Below are positions 9,194 through 18,891 of a stretch of 64,000 nt of DNA, piece after piece; the first letter of the stretch is position 1, and each line of letters starts with the position of its first letter. The DNA is from a virus (taxonomy: Duplodnaviria; Caudoviricetes): IMG/VR virus record IMGVR_UViG_3300020187_001966. One strand, 5' to 3'. Under the pieces are notes generated by a model. It was not told the origin of the DNA and did not search any database. It saw only the letters and a program-made list of their open reading frames with translations. A program made the position numbers and the translations under genes.

Positions 9194-9927
9194 CTATCTA
9201 CATCTATACTTGCAAAGCCAATTATACTACGTTTGTATTCAGTACTTACATCTGGCATTCGTTTATCACTAAGGAACCAACTACTACTGTGCCAACGTCT
9301 GGTATCAAATACTATACAACTTCCAAGATCCCATTCGTATGCGCTATGGAATTTTAAGTCTGCATATTCTTTATGATATTGTGTTTCTTTTGGATTGTAT
9401 TTTAATACTTCTGGATCATAATCCCAGTGTGAACGATAATCGTATACACTATTATTATCCAAGTATCGCATTTCGCCTTGGCGGTACATTAACTTACGTG
9501 GCTCATCAGATACAATATCATAATTTACGGTGTATGGTTGCTTACAGTTCCATTCCAATGGAATAATAATACCCAATACAACAAAACAATCGTGAGTAAT
9601 CTTATCCTTATTAGGTTTCCAACTGTTGGGGAAACTTAAATAGTCAGTATGTAATCCAGCTGGCTCCCCACTGTGGAAATATTCCCAGTTCCAGTCATAA
9701 TCTATACCTAGTTGATTATTCCAGTACGTGCGTAACCATTTTTTTGTATCTGGACTAACATTGTTAAACCTATTAAAATTGTTTCTACCACTTGTCTTTG
9801 CTGTCGGGCTATCATATACAGTGTGCGCCTCTGATAAAAATTGGAGTGGATCAAAGTCTAAACTGTAAGTACCAAATTCTGGTCTATCAACATCATAATC
9901 TTCTATACTTTTATAACCTGTTATCAT
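9190..9927 (-). CDS. 2OG-Fe(II) oxygenase-like protein (likely start ATG 9927)
   Basis: LHTD (HxD)...IIPL...GSCIVFDTRRWHS...KRS; paralogue of 7390..8073; TAATG overlap with the upstream gene. Confidence 0.68.
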   Translation of the reverse strand: MITGYKSIEDYDVDRPEFGTYSLDFDPLQFLSEAHTVYDSPTAKTSGRNNFNRFNNVSPDTKKWLRTYWNNQLGIDYDWNWEYFHSGEPAGLHTDYLSFPNSWKPNKDKITHDCFVVLGIIIPLEWNCKQPYTVNYDIVSDEPRKLMYRQGEMRYLDNNSVYDYRSHWDYDPEVLKYNPKETQYHKEYADLKFHSAYEWDLGSCIVFDTRRWHSSSWFLSDKRMPDVSTEYKRSIIGFASIDVDR

Positions 9928-10625
9928 TATACTAACCTTCCAAATGCCCAATATCGTTCTAAACAAAAGAAGCAATAACCACAATGAGTGAGATCACTGT
10001 CTTCTGGGATAACCTTTTCGCAACTATATGTATATGGATAAAGCTCTTGCTGTATATTTTCCAGATCATATAATTGTCTTGTTGCTACTTTATTTAAGTT
10101 AGCAAATGGAATTACTTGCTGTAGTTTGCCATCATATATTGTTAATACCTCTGGCTCAACTTGATCATCTCGTTCTGTATCTCTGTCAATAATATAACTG
10201 TATACTGTCTCCTGATCCAAATTGTGCTTTTTACAAAATTCTGTAGTAAAATATTCTTTCATCTCTTGCGCTGGCGGATTGCAAGTAAGTCCAATATAAA
10301 TTGCATCCAAGTTATATTTTTTATGTGCTTGCTCACTTAAATGGTCAACTGCGTCAACGTAACTTTCATCTGTGTGTGGTGTTTGGTCACGGTACACATA
10401 ATGTTCTGATGTTTTAGTTCCCAGTAATTCATCTACACGATCAATTACTATCTGTGCACCTTTTGCATACCACCAGTTTCGTGGAGTAGTCATTGTTAGT
10501 GGAATTATTTTAGTATCAGTATTTAAAAAATGTCGGCATAATGCGTAATATAATATACTACTATCAGCACCTCCGCTAAGTCGGACGCCTATGCGTTTCC
10601 AGTTATCGTCTATATATAAATCCAC
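9927..10625 (-). CDS. QueC-like PP-loop ATPase #1 (likely GTG start at 10625)
   Basis: LSGGADS PP-loop; TCNPP; TYSCE...HCGYCFFCLER Cys cluster; GAGG upstream of GTG. Confidence 0.78.
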   Translation of the reverse strand: MDLYIDDNWKRIGVRLSGGADSSILYYALCRHFLNTDTKIIPLTMTTPRNWWYAKGAQIVIDRVDELLGTKTSEHYVYRDQTPHTDESYVDAVDHLSEQAHKKYNLDAIYIGLTCNPPAQEMKEYFTTEFCKKHNLDQETVYSYIIDRDTERDDQVEPEVLTIYDGKLQQVIPFANLNKVATRQLYDLENIQQELYPYTYSCEKVIPEDSDLTHCGYCFFCLERYWAFGRLV

Positions 10626-11689
10626 GGAAATACCTCTTTCATTTGTTGTTGACTCGCTCCCCATACAAGTTCATTACGATCTTTTATTTTATTTTTTACT
10701 AGCTGATTGGGCTCTTGATACTCGTACATTAGTTTTTCTTTAAACACTATCCAGTCTGGCGTAGCATTTAACAGTGGCATGTCAGAAAATTCACTCCATA
10801 ATCTTTCACGATCTTCCAGTGGCACATGCCTAAAGTTTAAATAATCTGGTTCAGTTATTTCATTAAATGCAACATGTACTTGTGGATATTGGTTAGCCCA
10901 TTTAAAAAAATCAGGTATCCCTAATAAATTTATACTGCCAATACACGGCACTAACTGTATTGTAATGTTACTATTATATATCCTGTCAAAATTGTTGTGC
11001 ACTGTATCCCAACGAGCTGGTGCCCTTTGAAACTCAAACCATTCACCAACACTGTCAATACTAGCCATAATTAATACTTTACGAAATTGGGTTAGTGTTT
11101 TTATTAAACTAGGTTTAACACTAGTACAGTTAGTAATAATTTCTATCTCAATATCAATACGTCCTAGAATAACAAGTTTATCTAAAAAGTCAATAACTTC
11201 TGGCATAACAAAAGGTTCACCCCCTGCAAAACGTATGCTTTTTAAGTCAGGAAGGTCTATAACTAACTCCATAAGACGCTGAGTATCCCCTACTGGAATG
11301 TCTATACCTTCTATTTTTGCAATTTGACTACTATCATGGGCATTGCACATACGACATGCTAAATTACATTTATTGCTTAGTCGTAAATCAACATGTGTAA
11401 TTTTGGGAGTTAAATCATAAACATTATTAAAGTAAGTGTTCACCTGTCGCATACTTTTAATACCACTATGTTCTGCCGCCCAACATGTATTACACGCTGA
11501 CGGAGTTTTACCTTGCTCAAGTTCAGTTCTTATTTGTGAGAAGTTAGGCAATTGATAGAACTGGTTTAAGTCTGATACATCACTCCAGTCAAGTTTTAGC
11601 TCATCAAACAATGGTGTTTGTAAGCAACATTGTGATATGTTACCTTTGTTATAAAAGAAACTATTATATGCAAACTGACAGTGTGTCAT
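10610..11689 (-). CDS. Radical SAM protein with N-terminal twitch domain
   Basis: HC...SQCC...CNTC; CNLACRMC; AGGEP; ITN; SIDS. Confidence 0.92.
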   Translation of the reverse strand: MTHCQFAYNSFFYNKGNISQCCLQTPLFDELKLDWSDVSDLNQFYQLPNFSQIRTELEQGKTPSACNTCWAAEHSGIKSMRQVNTYFNNVYDLTPKITHVDLRLSNKCNLACRMCNAHDSSQIAKIEGIDIPVGDTQRLMELVIDLPDLKSIRFAGGEPFVMPEVIDFLDKLVILGRIDIEIEIITNCTSVKPSLIKTLTQFRKVLIMASIDSVGEWFEFQRAPARWDTVHNNFDRIYNSNITIQLVPCIGSINLLGIPDFFKWANQYPQVHVAFNEITEPDYLNFRHVPLEDRERLWSEFSDMPLLNATPDWIVFKEKLMYEYQEPNQLVKNKIKDRNELVWGASQQQMKEVFPWIYI

Positions 11690-12618
11690 TTTCTCTCAGC
11701 TCTTTCAATAGCGTTTAATCCAAGATCGGTTCCACGCTCATCAAATATACCTTCTATTAAGTAACGCAGTGGTGTGCGTACACCAAACTGATGTGTTCCA
11801 TTATCATCAGTAATCCAACCAACATGTATACTATTACTCTCAGCTAATCCAAAATCAGCACAAACACGAGTGTATAAGTCTTCATAATTACTCCACCAAT
11901 AATCAACTCCAAAGTGTCGCATTGCCTCAACGCCTAACCACATATCACTTACGTTAGCATAGTTAAAATCATTCATAACACTAATTGGTCCAGGTGTCTT
12001 TTCACGAGTATAACGAATACCTATACGCTGACTGCCCATACCTAATGCTTTACTTAAACTTACACTAACACTTTGTATAGCTGGATGTGTAACATCAAGT
12101 TCGAAGTTACGGCATTGTCCAAACCATGCGCCGTCTATGTGTACTGGTATACTATATTCAGCACAATGATCAAGCAGTTTATCAAATTCGTCGTGTAATC
12201 CAGTTGTAATACAACTAGGATAGCTTGCTATGAAAACATCGCCAGGCTGTAGCTCAGTATAATGACTAATTTGCGATACTTTAAAATCAGTTAAACGTCT
12301 GTGATATTTGTACTCGCCCTTCATTACACTTATACTAAGACCGTACAATTGATGTAGTTCATCTAACTGGTGTGTTGTACCCAGTATTGCGTCACGACGG
12401 CCAAATGTTTCTAAACCTGTATATCTTACTCTAGTGTGTTCGTTAATCCAACGATCAATTTCTGTTAAAAAGGTTTCAGTGTAAGCATGTGGATCTTTTG
12501 GATATGATCGCATATCCAAATTCTGTCTAAACTTAGTAAATTTACTCAAGTACATTGGACGCTGGCGTCTTGTACCCAGCATATCAAATGTTATATCTTC
12601 GTATTGTTTTATATCCAT
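11686..12618 (-). CDS. PLP-dependent enzyme, fold type I (decarboxylase/aldolase/aminotransferase-like)
   Basis: VHIDGAW (PLP-binding Asp) and SLSKALG...RIG (Schiff-base Lys). Confidence 0.75.
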   Translation of the reverse strand: MDIKQYEDITFDMLGTRRQRPMYLSKFTKFRQNLDMRSYPKDPHAYTETFLTEIDRWINEHTRVRYTGLETFGRRDAILGTTHQLDELHQLYGLSISVMKGEYKYHRRLTDFKVSQISHYTELQPGDVFIASYPSCITTGLHDEFDKLLDHCAEYSIPVHIDGAWFGQCRNFELDVTHPAIQSVSVSLSKALGMGSQRIGIRYTREKTPGPISVMNDFNYANVSDMWLGVEAMRHFGVDYWWSNYEDLYTRVCADFGLAESNSIHVGWITDDNGTHQFGVRTPLRYLIEGIFDERGTDLGLNAIERAERK

Positions 12619-13502
12619 TTTTCTACAATCGCATCTAGTTTACAAGGACATGCTGTATAGTTACAAACTATAGGGCTAATAGGTAGTTCATAGTCCTCAA
12701 ATATATTTCCAATAACACCACCTACTCTTTTAGTACACCGTTTGATGTCGCCATTGGGATCTACCATAAAGCGTTTAAGTCCTGCTGTACAGGTATAGCC
12801 TTCAAACTTGTGCATCTCTTTGTCAAGCACTGTCATGAACTTTACTTTCTCACCATCAAAGTGTAAGTTACGTGGTATCTCCCAGTTAATACCAAAGTCA
12901 CGCATACGATGAAAGTAATTGTTTTGTATCCAGTCACGTTGCTCATCAGTGTATTGGAAATATTCAGTTCCGTGAATAGACTTCCTTACAAACTTTGGTG
13001 TTATTTCTACTCGTAGTGTCTTTAATCTTTCGTATAATGTTTTTGCACGTTCAAAGTTATCAGGCACAATCATAAGAGGAATACTAACACTTGCTTTGTC
13101 TTGCATAATTTTAGCAACCTCATAAAAGTGATCGTCATCTGCTTCTTCGTAATGCCAACTTAAAAACACAAATGCTTTACGTGTTTTAAATTCTTCCCAA
13201 TAACGCAATGTACGACTAGCATTAGTACCAAACTCAACAAACGTTCTATCGTCACTGATAGTATCAACAAACTCCTGAAACTTGGGCCATACTGTTGGTT
13301 CACCACCTAATACTTCTACATACAAGTTCTTGTTAGTTTGTTTAACACGATCCAAGAAGTTAATATAGGGTTGCCAGTCGTCTGGCCAACGACTGCTACC
13401 GTCTCTATGAAAGTCACTGCAATAGCTACAATTGTAATTACATACATTATGTATAAACAATGTGACTACGGCACAGTCTAGATTTTCATTTGTTATCCGC
13501 AT
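12609..13502 (-). CDS. Radical SAM protein with C-terminal SPASM/twitch (likely start ATG 13502)
   Basis: CNYNCSYC; GGEP; GTN; C-terminal CTAG...GDIKRC...CNYTACPC. Confidence 0.9.
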   Translation of the reverse strand: MRITNENLDCAVVTLFIHNVCNYNCSYCSDFHRDGSSRWPDDWQPYINFLDRVKQTNKNLYVEVLGGEPTVWPKFQEFVDTISDDRTFVEFGTNASRTLRYWEEFKTRKAFVFLSWHYEEADDDHFYEVAKIMQDKASVSIPLMIVPDNFERAKTLYERLKTLRVEITPKFVRKSIHGTEYFQYTDEQRDWIQNNYFHRMRDFGINWEIPRNLHFDGEKVKFMTVLDKEMHKFEGYTCTAGLKRFMVDPNGDIKRCTKRVGGVIGNIFEDYELPISPIVCNYTACPCKLDAIVEKWI

Positions 13503-14853
13503 CAAATAGCGCCTTGTATTGTGGAACAATATCTAATACGTTTTGTTTACGTATTGTATCTAACTTATTAGTAATTGAGACAAATTCTCCCAGCCATTCC
13601 TCACTATAGTCCTCACTTAGCATAAACTTTTCCACACTGTTTAAATGTTGTACAAAATATTTCTTTACATTATCTATATGATCGCTAGCCATAATCCACG
13701 TTCTGTATTCGGTATAATGTTCTGAAACCATTTGTTTTATATGTGGTGGCAAGACTTTAATATTATAATACTTTGGGCTGTGGCACATATGGTAACTTAC
13801 AAGGGGTCGGTGGCAATGTATAGGATTAAACAATGTTAGATCACTCTCTTCCAATTTCCACTTCATAAACTCAGGAAAGTGAAAAACATTAAACGGTGTA
13901 ATTGTAAATGCGTACCAACCTTTAAAGTTTATTTCATCACGGTGTGCTTCGATCTTTTTTAAATTCTCATATACTTGTGTCCATTTTGCTGGAGCTCGTT
14001 GGTAATCAAATACTTCATTACATGCGTCAATACTTGCGCCAATACGTATTTCTTTAAACTCCTTCCAGAGTTTTAACATTCTAGGTGTAATGTTTGTAAG
14101 GTTAGTATTATACTCAATTTGCATATTTTTAGCTGCGCCACTGTGTATCATTCTTTCTAAACTGTCAACATGCTCTTCGATAATAAGTGGCTCACCACCA
14201 ACTATGTATAACTTTTTTGCATCCTGCGTATATTGTTCAAAATTATTCCAATATGTATTAGATCCTTTAAACCAATCGTATTGGTCAGTACTCCACTTTC
14301 CTTTTTCATTTTTAGTAAGTTGTATTTTTTCGTGAGTATCCTTGTAGTGTGTGCGACCGGTTAGTTTAACATGATCCTCATACCACATATGACTGTCTGT
14401 TGGACCACACATACGACATTTTAAATTACAAAAATTACCATAACGTATATCAAAGAACTCCAGTGGGTGTTCTTCAGGCACAATAGTACCATCATCTTCG
14501 GTTGTAGCGGCGGCTTTTTCTAAATTAACATCCCAATCACTATGTTCCATTTGGCGGCGGCTCAACACACCATTGCTTTCTTCTTGTCTACATCGTTCAC
14601 ACTCACTATGCCATTTATTATCCAGCATCGTTTTACGAACGTCTTTCATTAGTTCGGAATTGCGACTCTCTTTCAAGTCATCAACCGCAGCATTGTACGG
14701 TGTTCCGTCTTCTTTCCTTACAATACCTTTATTTTTAGTATAACTATTGGCATTACAACAAATTCTAATATCACCATTATTTCTAATGTTAATACTATTC
14801 CAAGGTAATGGACAAAATGTTGTTTTTCTATCAAATCCTTCATCTTCACTCAT
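13486..14853 (-). CDS. Radical SAM protein with N-terminal twitch domain
   Basis: FCPLPW...RICC...CERC; CNLKCRMC; GGEP; YNTN; SIDA. Confidence 0.93.
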   Translation of the reverse strand: MSEDEGFDRKTTFCPLPWNSINIRNNGDIRICCNANSYTKNKGIVRKEDGTPYNAAVDDLKESRNSELMKDVRKTMLDNKWHSECERCRQEESNGVLSRRQMEHSDWDVNLEKAAATTEDDGTIVPEEHPLEFFDIRYGNFCNLKCRMCGPTDSHMWYEDHVKLTGRTHYKDTHEKIQLTKNEKGKWSTDQYDWFKGSNTYWNNFEQYTQDAKKLYIVGGEPLIIEEHVDSLERMIHSGAAKNMQIEYNTNLTNITPRMLKLWKEFKEIRIGASIDACNEVFDYQRAPAKWTQVYENLKKIEAHRDEINFKGWYAFTITPFNVFHFPEFMKWKLEESDLTLFNPIHCHRPLVSYHMCHSPKYYNIKVLPPHIKQMVSEHYTEYRTWIMASDHIDNVKKYFVQHLNSVEKFMLSEDYSEEWLGEFVSITNKLDTIRKQNVLDIVPQYKALFDADNK

Positions 14854-14896
14854 TGAATGTAATCCTTTATTTCTAATAATGTGTCAGTTTTTTGTG

Positions 14897-15562
14897 TCAT
14901 AATCGACCAAAGCCCCATTTTCTTTCTCCACAGAACCAACAGTTATTGCAATGCTGTGTAAAATCGTCTGTGTATTGTTCACAACTTCTTGTAAGTGGAA
15001 ACAATGTGTTTTGTAAATCAAAGTAATCATATAGTTCACTCACATGTTGTTTATTAAAATTAATTAATGGCAAGCAACGGTTTGAGTCAACATATATACT
15101 TTTTAAAAATTTTGACGGATCTCTATCTGGTGGTTCAAGAAATCCTTGATCGTATATGCGTTGTTCTATACTGCCTTGTGGTGGGTTTGCTGTAATACCA
15201 GCAAAATGAAACTGTATTTTGTTTTCGGCATATAGGCGTTTTGTAACTTTGTCTTGTGCGATGACATAATTTTCTTCTTCTGGCATAGGACTAAACCCAG
15301 TATAATGTTCTGTATAGATGTCGCCAAACACCGTCTTATAGTATTCAATTACATTCTTCGCAAATTGTATTTGGTATGCTTTACCTTCTTGATCAACTGT
15401 AATCGGAGTAATACCAACATCAGGACGCTCTTCTGTAACATACTTGCTTAGTATATATCCTACAATTGCACTATCTAATCCCCCAGATATTTTCAGTCCA
15501 ACATTAATTACATCTCGTGGAATACGTATATCAAGTTCTTGTTTACTGTGTGGTATAATCAT
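14897..15562 (-). CDS. QueC-like PP-loop ATPase #2
   Basis: ISGGLDS; TANPP; TRSCE...HCNNCWFCGER. Confidence 0.78.
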   Translation of the reverse strand: MIIPHSKQELDIRIPRDVINVGLKISGGLDSAIVGYILSKYVTEERPDVGITPITVDQEGKAYQIQFAKNVIEYYKTVFGDIYTEHYTGFSPMPEEENYVIAQDKVTKRLYAENKIQFHFAGITANPPQGSIEQRIYDQGFLEPPDRDPSKFLKSIYVDSNRCLPLINFNKQHVSELYDYFDLQNTLFPLTRSCEQYTDDFTQHCNNCWFCGERKWGFGRL

Positions 15563-16965
15563 TAAAGTGTTTCCCTTTTAAATATATCTTTCATTTCTGG
15601 GAATGTATCAGTAAAACTATTATTACGTTGTCTATCACATAAACTTAAATATTCTTTTAGTTCAGGTAAACGAACACTCCAGTCTTCGCTTTCCATAAAC
15701 GTTAACATTCCTTGTAATCTTTTAATACCATAATCAGCATTACGCCATTCATCATATGTTACTTTATCTTTGTGCCAAGCTGGTATACATTTCTCCCAGT
15801 TCGCTTCCCACCAGGGATAAAACTCTTCGTATTTTTTACGACACTCAGCTTTAAACCAGTCTGGTAATACTTTAACGTTTAAGTGTCCTGGATGATAAAC
15901 AAAGTGATAGTTAATACCACCAGCACCAAACGGCCACATATTAATTTTATTAAAGTTTTGTTCTAGTTTCCATTTAATAAAGTCCGGCAAGTAGTATACA
16001 TTAAGAGCTTGTACAGCACAAGCAACAGTTATCTCTACATTGTTGGATGTTTGTGTATCTAATATATGGAATACTTCTTGTTGTCGTTTCCATTCACTAG
16101 GGTAACGTATATAATCATTCATAGCGTGTATGCTGTCTACCGAATAATGGAAACGCACCAGCTTGAATTCTCGCCATAGATCAAATAGATCCTCTCGCCA
16201 TTCAACTCCATTTGAGTTATAACGTAACTCAAGGTCTTTTGCGTAACCCATTTTAATTGCGTGTTCAAGTATCTCATAGTGTTCCTCAATGATTAAACTT
16301 TCGCCGCCAGCAAAATATATCTGTTGCATTGTAGGCATTTGTTCATAAAACTGTTGCCAGAATATATCGTTTTGTTTGTGCCAGTTGTAACTGCTTCCGT
16401 TAGTACTACCCTTGTCCTGCCACTGCATTGTTTCTTTGAGAGATTCATTTTTTACTTCAGGAAAGATCTTTTTATAATCTTTAATCCAACCACTGCTGTC
16501 ATGTGGTGAACACATTACACATGCCAACTGACACTTGGTTCCAAAGCGTAAATCAATATATGCCAAGTTGGGTGGCACTTCGCCGTCGGCTTCTGTATTG
16601 GCAATAAGGTTGTCAACATCAACACGCTGGCTCCAGTAAGCAGTCTCCCACTGTCGTTTACTACGGTGTCCTGCGGCTTCTTCTTTAAAACATTTAGTAC
16701 AACTAGCTGGTACTTCGCCATTAAGCATTTGTTTACGAACATTACGCATATACTTTGAATTCCATGCGCTCTGAAAATCTGTTACATTTAAGTTGTTGGG
16801 ACGGCCTAGGTCGTCTTTAAGTACGCCTACCATGCCTCCCCATTCACTTTTATCGTTTGTAGGGCCTACACTACTAGCATTAGCTGTACAGCATACTCGC
16901 ATACTACCGTCTGGTCTTGTACTAAGGTGTACCCAAGGTAAAATACAAAATGTGTCACTCTTCAT
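15562..16965 (-). CDS. Radical SAM protein with N-terminal twitch domain
   Basis: FCILPW...RVCC...CTKC; CQLACVMC; AGGES; YNSNG; SVDS. Confidence 0.93.
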   Translation of the reverse strand: MKSDTFCILPWVHLSTRPDGSMRVCCTANASSVGPTNDKSEWGGMVGVLKDDLGRPNNLNVTDFQSAWNSKYMRNVRKQMLNGEVPASCTKCFKEEAAGHRSKRQWETAYWSQRVDVDNLIANTEADGEVPPNLAYIDLRFGTKCQLACVMCSPHDSSGWIKDYKKIFPEVKNESLKETMQWQDKGSTNGSSYNWHKQNDIFWQQFYEQMPTMQQIYFAGGESLIIEEHYEILEHAIKMGYAKDLELRYNSNGVEWREDLFDLWREFKLVRFHYSVDSIHAMNDYIRYPSEWKRQQEVFHILDTQTSNNVEITVACAVQALNVYYLPDFIKWKLEQNFNKINMWPFGAGGINYHFVYHPGHLNVKVLPDWFKAECRKKYEEFYPWWEANWEKCIPAWHKDKVTYDEWRNADYGIKRLQGMLTFMESEDWSVRLPELKEYLSLCDRQRNNSFTDTFPEMKDIFKRETL

Positions 16966-17776
16966 GTTTAATATCCAAATTCATATAATTTTTATGTGCC
17001 CAATCTCTCTCTAAACACCACCAACACTCGCCACATACCTTTGTAAAGTTTTCAGTTTCAACTGGACCACCTTCACAACTACGAGTCATGTCTAACATAT
17101 CGTCAAGTACACCTTCTTGATCCGCTACCCAAAATACAATTCTTTTATCAGCGTTGCGCCAACACTGGTACTCATTAAAGTCAAACGAAAATTTACCAAC
17201 CTGGCGGCTGCCTTCAAAATAAACAGTAGCTATATCTGGATCGTTTTGCTCTGGGTGTAATTTATCACGATGCTGTTCTTCACTGTCAGGAATACATCCT
17301 GGTGGTGGGTTACGTGTAACACCATTATATGTAGTTATGCTATTATTAAAGTTGTCATTGGAAATAGTAAACGTGTGTTTTTTATGACGCCATACTATAT
17401 ATCTCATGGCTGTGTCTTGTGCTTTTGTGTATGAACTAATATTAGCACCATTTACATTTTCAGCAACCCAATGATAGTTTGCTACTTCTATTACACTATC
17501 TTTTATTGTAACCCTTGGAAACTTTTCTCTTACATATTTTACAATACGTCTAACATAAGGAATAATATGCACCCTGTCATATTCTTTATTAGTAGTAGGG
17601 TTCCCTCGTTGAACAGTGTATGGATAGATAACAGCATCCGAAAATTTGTCATTGAGTGTTTTTGCTAAACAGTATAGTAATACGGCGCTATCAAATCCGC
17701 CACTAAGCGCAATTATATTTTGTTTAGAGTCTGTGTTAATATACCCATCTCCATAAGGTGTTTTATATGTCTTCAT
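16955..17776 (-). CDS. QueC-like PP-loop ATPase #3
   Basis: LSGGFDS; TRNPP; TRSCE...VCGECWWCLER. Confidence 0.78.
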   Translation of the reverse strand: MKTYKTPYGDGYINTDSKQNIIALSGGFDSAVLLYCLAKTLNDKFSDAVIYPYTVQRGNPTTNKEYDRVHIIPYVRRIVKYVREKFPRVTIKDSVIEVANYHWVAENVNGANISSYTKAQDTAMRYIVWRHKKHTFTISNDNFNNSITTYNGVTRNPPPGCIPDSEEQHRDKLHPEQNDPDIATVYFEGSRQVGKFSFDFNEYQCWRNADKRIVFWVADQEGVLDDMLDMTRSCEGGPVETENFTKVCGECWWCLERDWAHKNYMNLDIKHEE

Positions 17777-18891
17777 TTAAATTGCTCCGCAAATGGGTCA
17801 AACTCTGTTCCACATTTTTGTGCACAGACTCCTAGTTTACCTTCTGTAATACTTTGTTTACTCCAACTATCAGTAATACTTTCCAATATTCCGCTGTTGA
17901 ATACTGTTTCAAGTTCAATGTTAATAGCGTCTATTTTGTCTTTGCCGCCAGCCATATCAATATGATCCCATATTTGTTCTACACGGTAATCTTTGTGCCA
18001 CCACTTGTACATACGTCCAGCAGTCCAACAGCAAGGCATTAATAAACCTTCTGCTGTAATAAAGATTTCTTTTTTCTCTACGGCTTTACATCGTATACTA
18101 CAAGTATTATAATATTCAGTCATACTTCCGTATGTTTTTTCAATCTCTTTTTGTTTTAGCAGTGCTAAGTTTTGGTTATCTAACTTTTGTGGCTTTTGTA
18201 GTAGTTGTGTTTCTTGACCTTTACGATTTTGTGCTTGGTGCTTGTCTTTACCTTTGTTACTTGCTGTAAAGAATCTACCGCTTTTCTTACGCTGAAACTT
18301 TTCACATCCCCATTCAGCGGCAAGTGCTTCAGCTTCCGCTACTTGATGCTCGTTGTGTCCGAAGATGATAAAATCCCATCTTGCTCTACCACCGGCTGCA
18401 ATAAAAGCCCGCATGTTTCGTTCCACTTTGTCCCACACCACGTTCTGTCTATAAAGATGATTAGTATCATCAAGGCCATCCACACTAAAAATAACAGCGC
18501 CATGACGACCAATCGTTCCCGCCAGTCCAGTCCACCATTCTTCATTCTTTGCTCCACCATTTGTATTCATACTTAGCCACATTGTGGAGTTGTGTTCACG
18601 GAAGTAACGGAATATTTCTAGGGTGTCACGAGCAACAATAGGATCTCCCAAGTTGCCGCACATGTACATTGTTTTTAATTGACGAATGAATTCAGGCTTA
18701 AAGATACGTTTACAGTCTGCTAAACTTAATTCAGCATTATTAATATGTCTATTGTCGACACCGCCGTTTTCATTACGATCACACATAGGACATGCCGCTT
18801 GGCAGCGTTGTGTAACTTCAAGGTGTACCATTTCTATTTCACTGTAATTATACATTAATTTCCCATTTAGGTATTGATACATCGGCTCCAC
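17773..18891 (-). CDS. Radical SAM protein with C-terminal SPASM-like domain
   Basis: CQAACPMC; CGNLGDP; NTNG; FSVDG; C-terminal C...PCCW...CAQKC. Confidence 0.92.
   Translation of the reverse strand: MEPMYQYLNGKLMYNYSEIEMVHLEVTQRCQAACPMCDRNENGGVDNRHINNAELSLADCKRIFKPEFIRQLKTMYMCGNLGDPIVARDTLEIFRYFREHNSTMWLSMNTNGGAKNEEWWTGLAGTIGRHGAVIFSVDGLDDTNHLYRQNVVWDKVERNMRAFIAAGGRARWDFIIFGHNEHQVAEAEALAAEWGCEKFQRKKSGRFFTASNKGKDKHQAQNRKGQETQLLQKPQKLDNQNLALLKQKEIEKTYGSMTEYYNTCSIRCKAVEKKEIFITAEGLLMPCCWTAGRMYKWWHKDYRVEQIWDHIDMAGGKDKIDAINIELETVFNSGILESITDSWSKQSITEGKLGVCAQKCGTEFDPFAEQFK

Noticed and set aside
9927-17776. Canonical queuosine/7-deazaguanine (queC) pathway
   Set aside because: QueC-specific motifs are not seen and no folE, queD, queE or dpdA is in the window, so no gene symbol was assigned.
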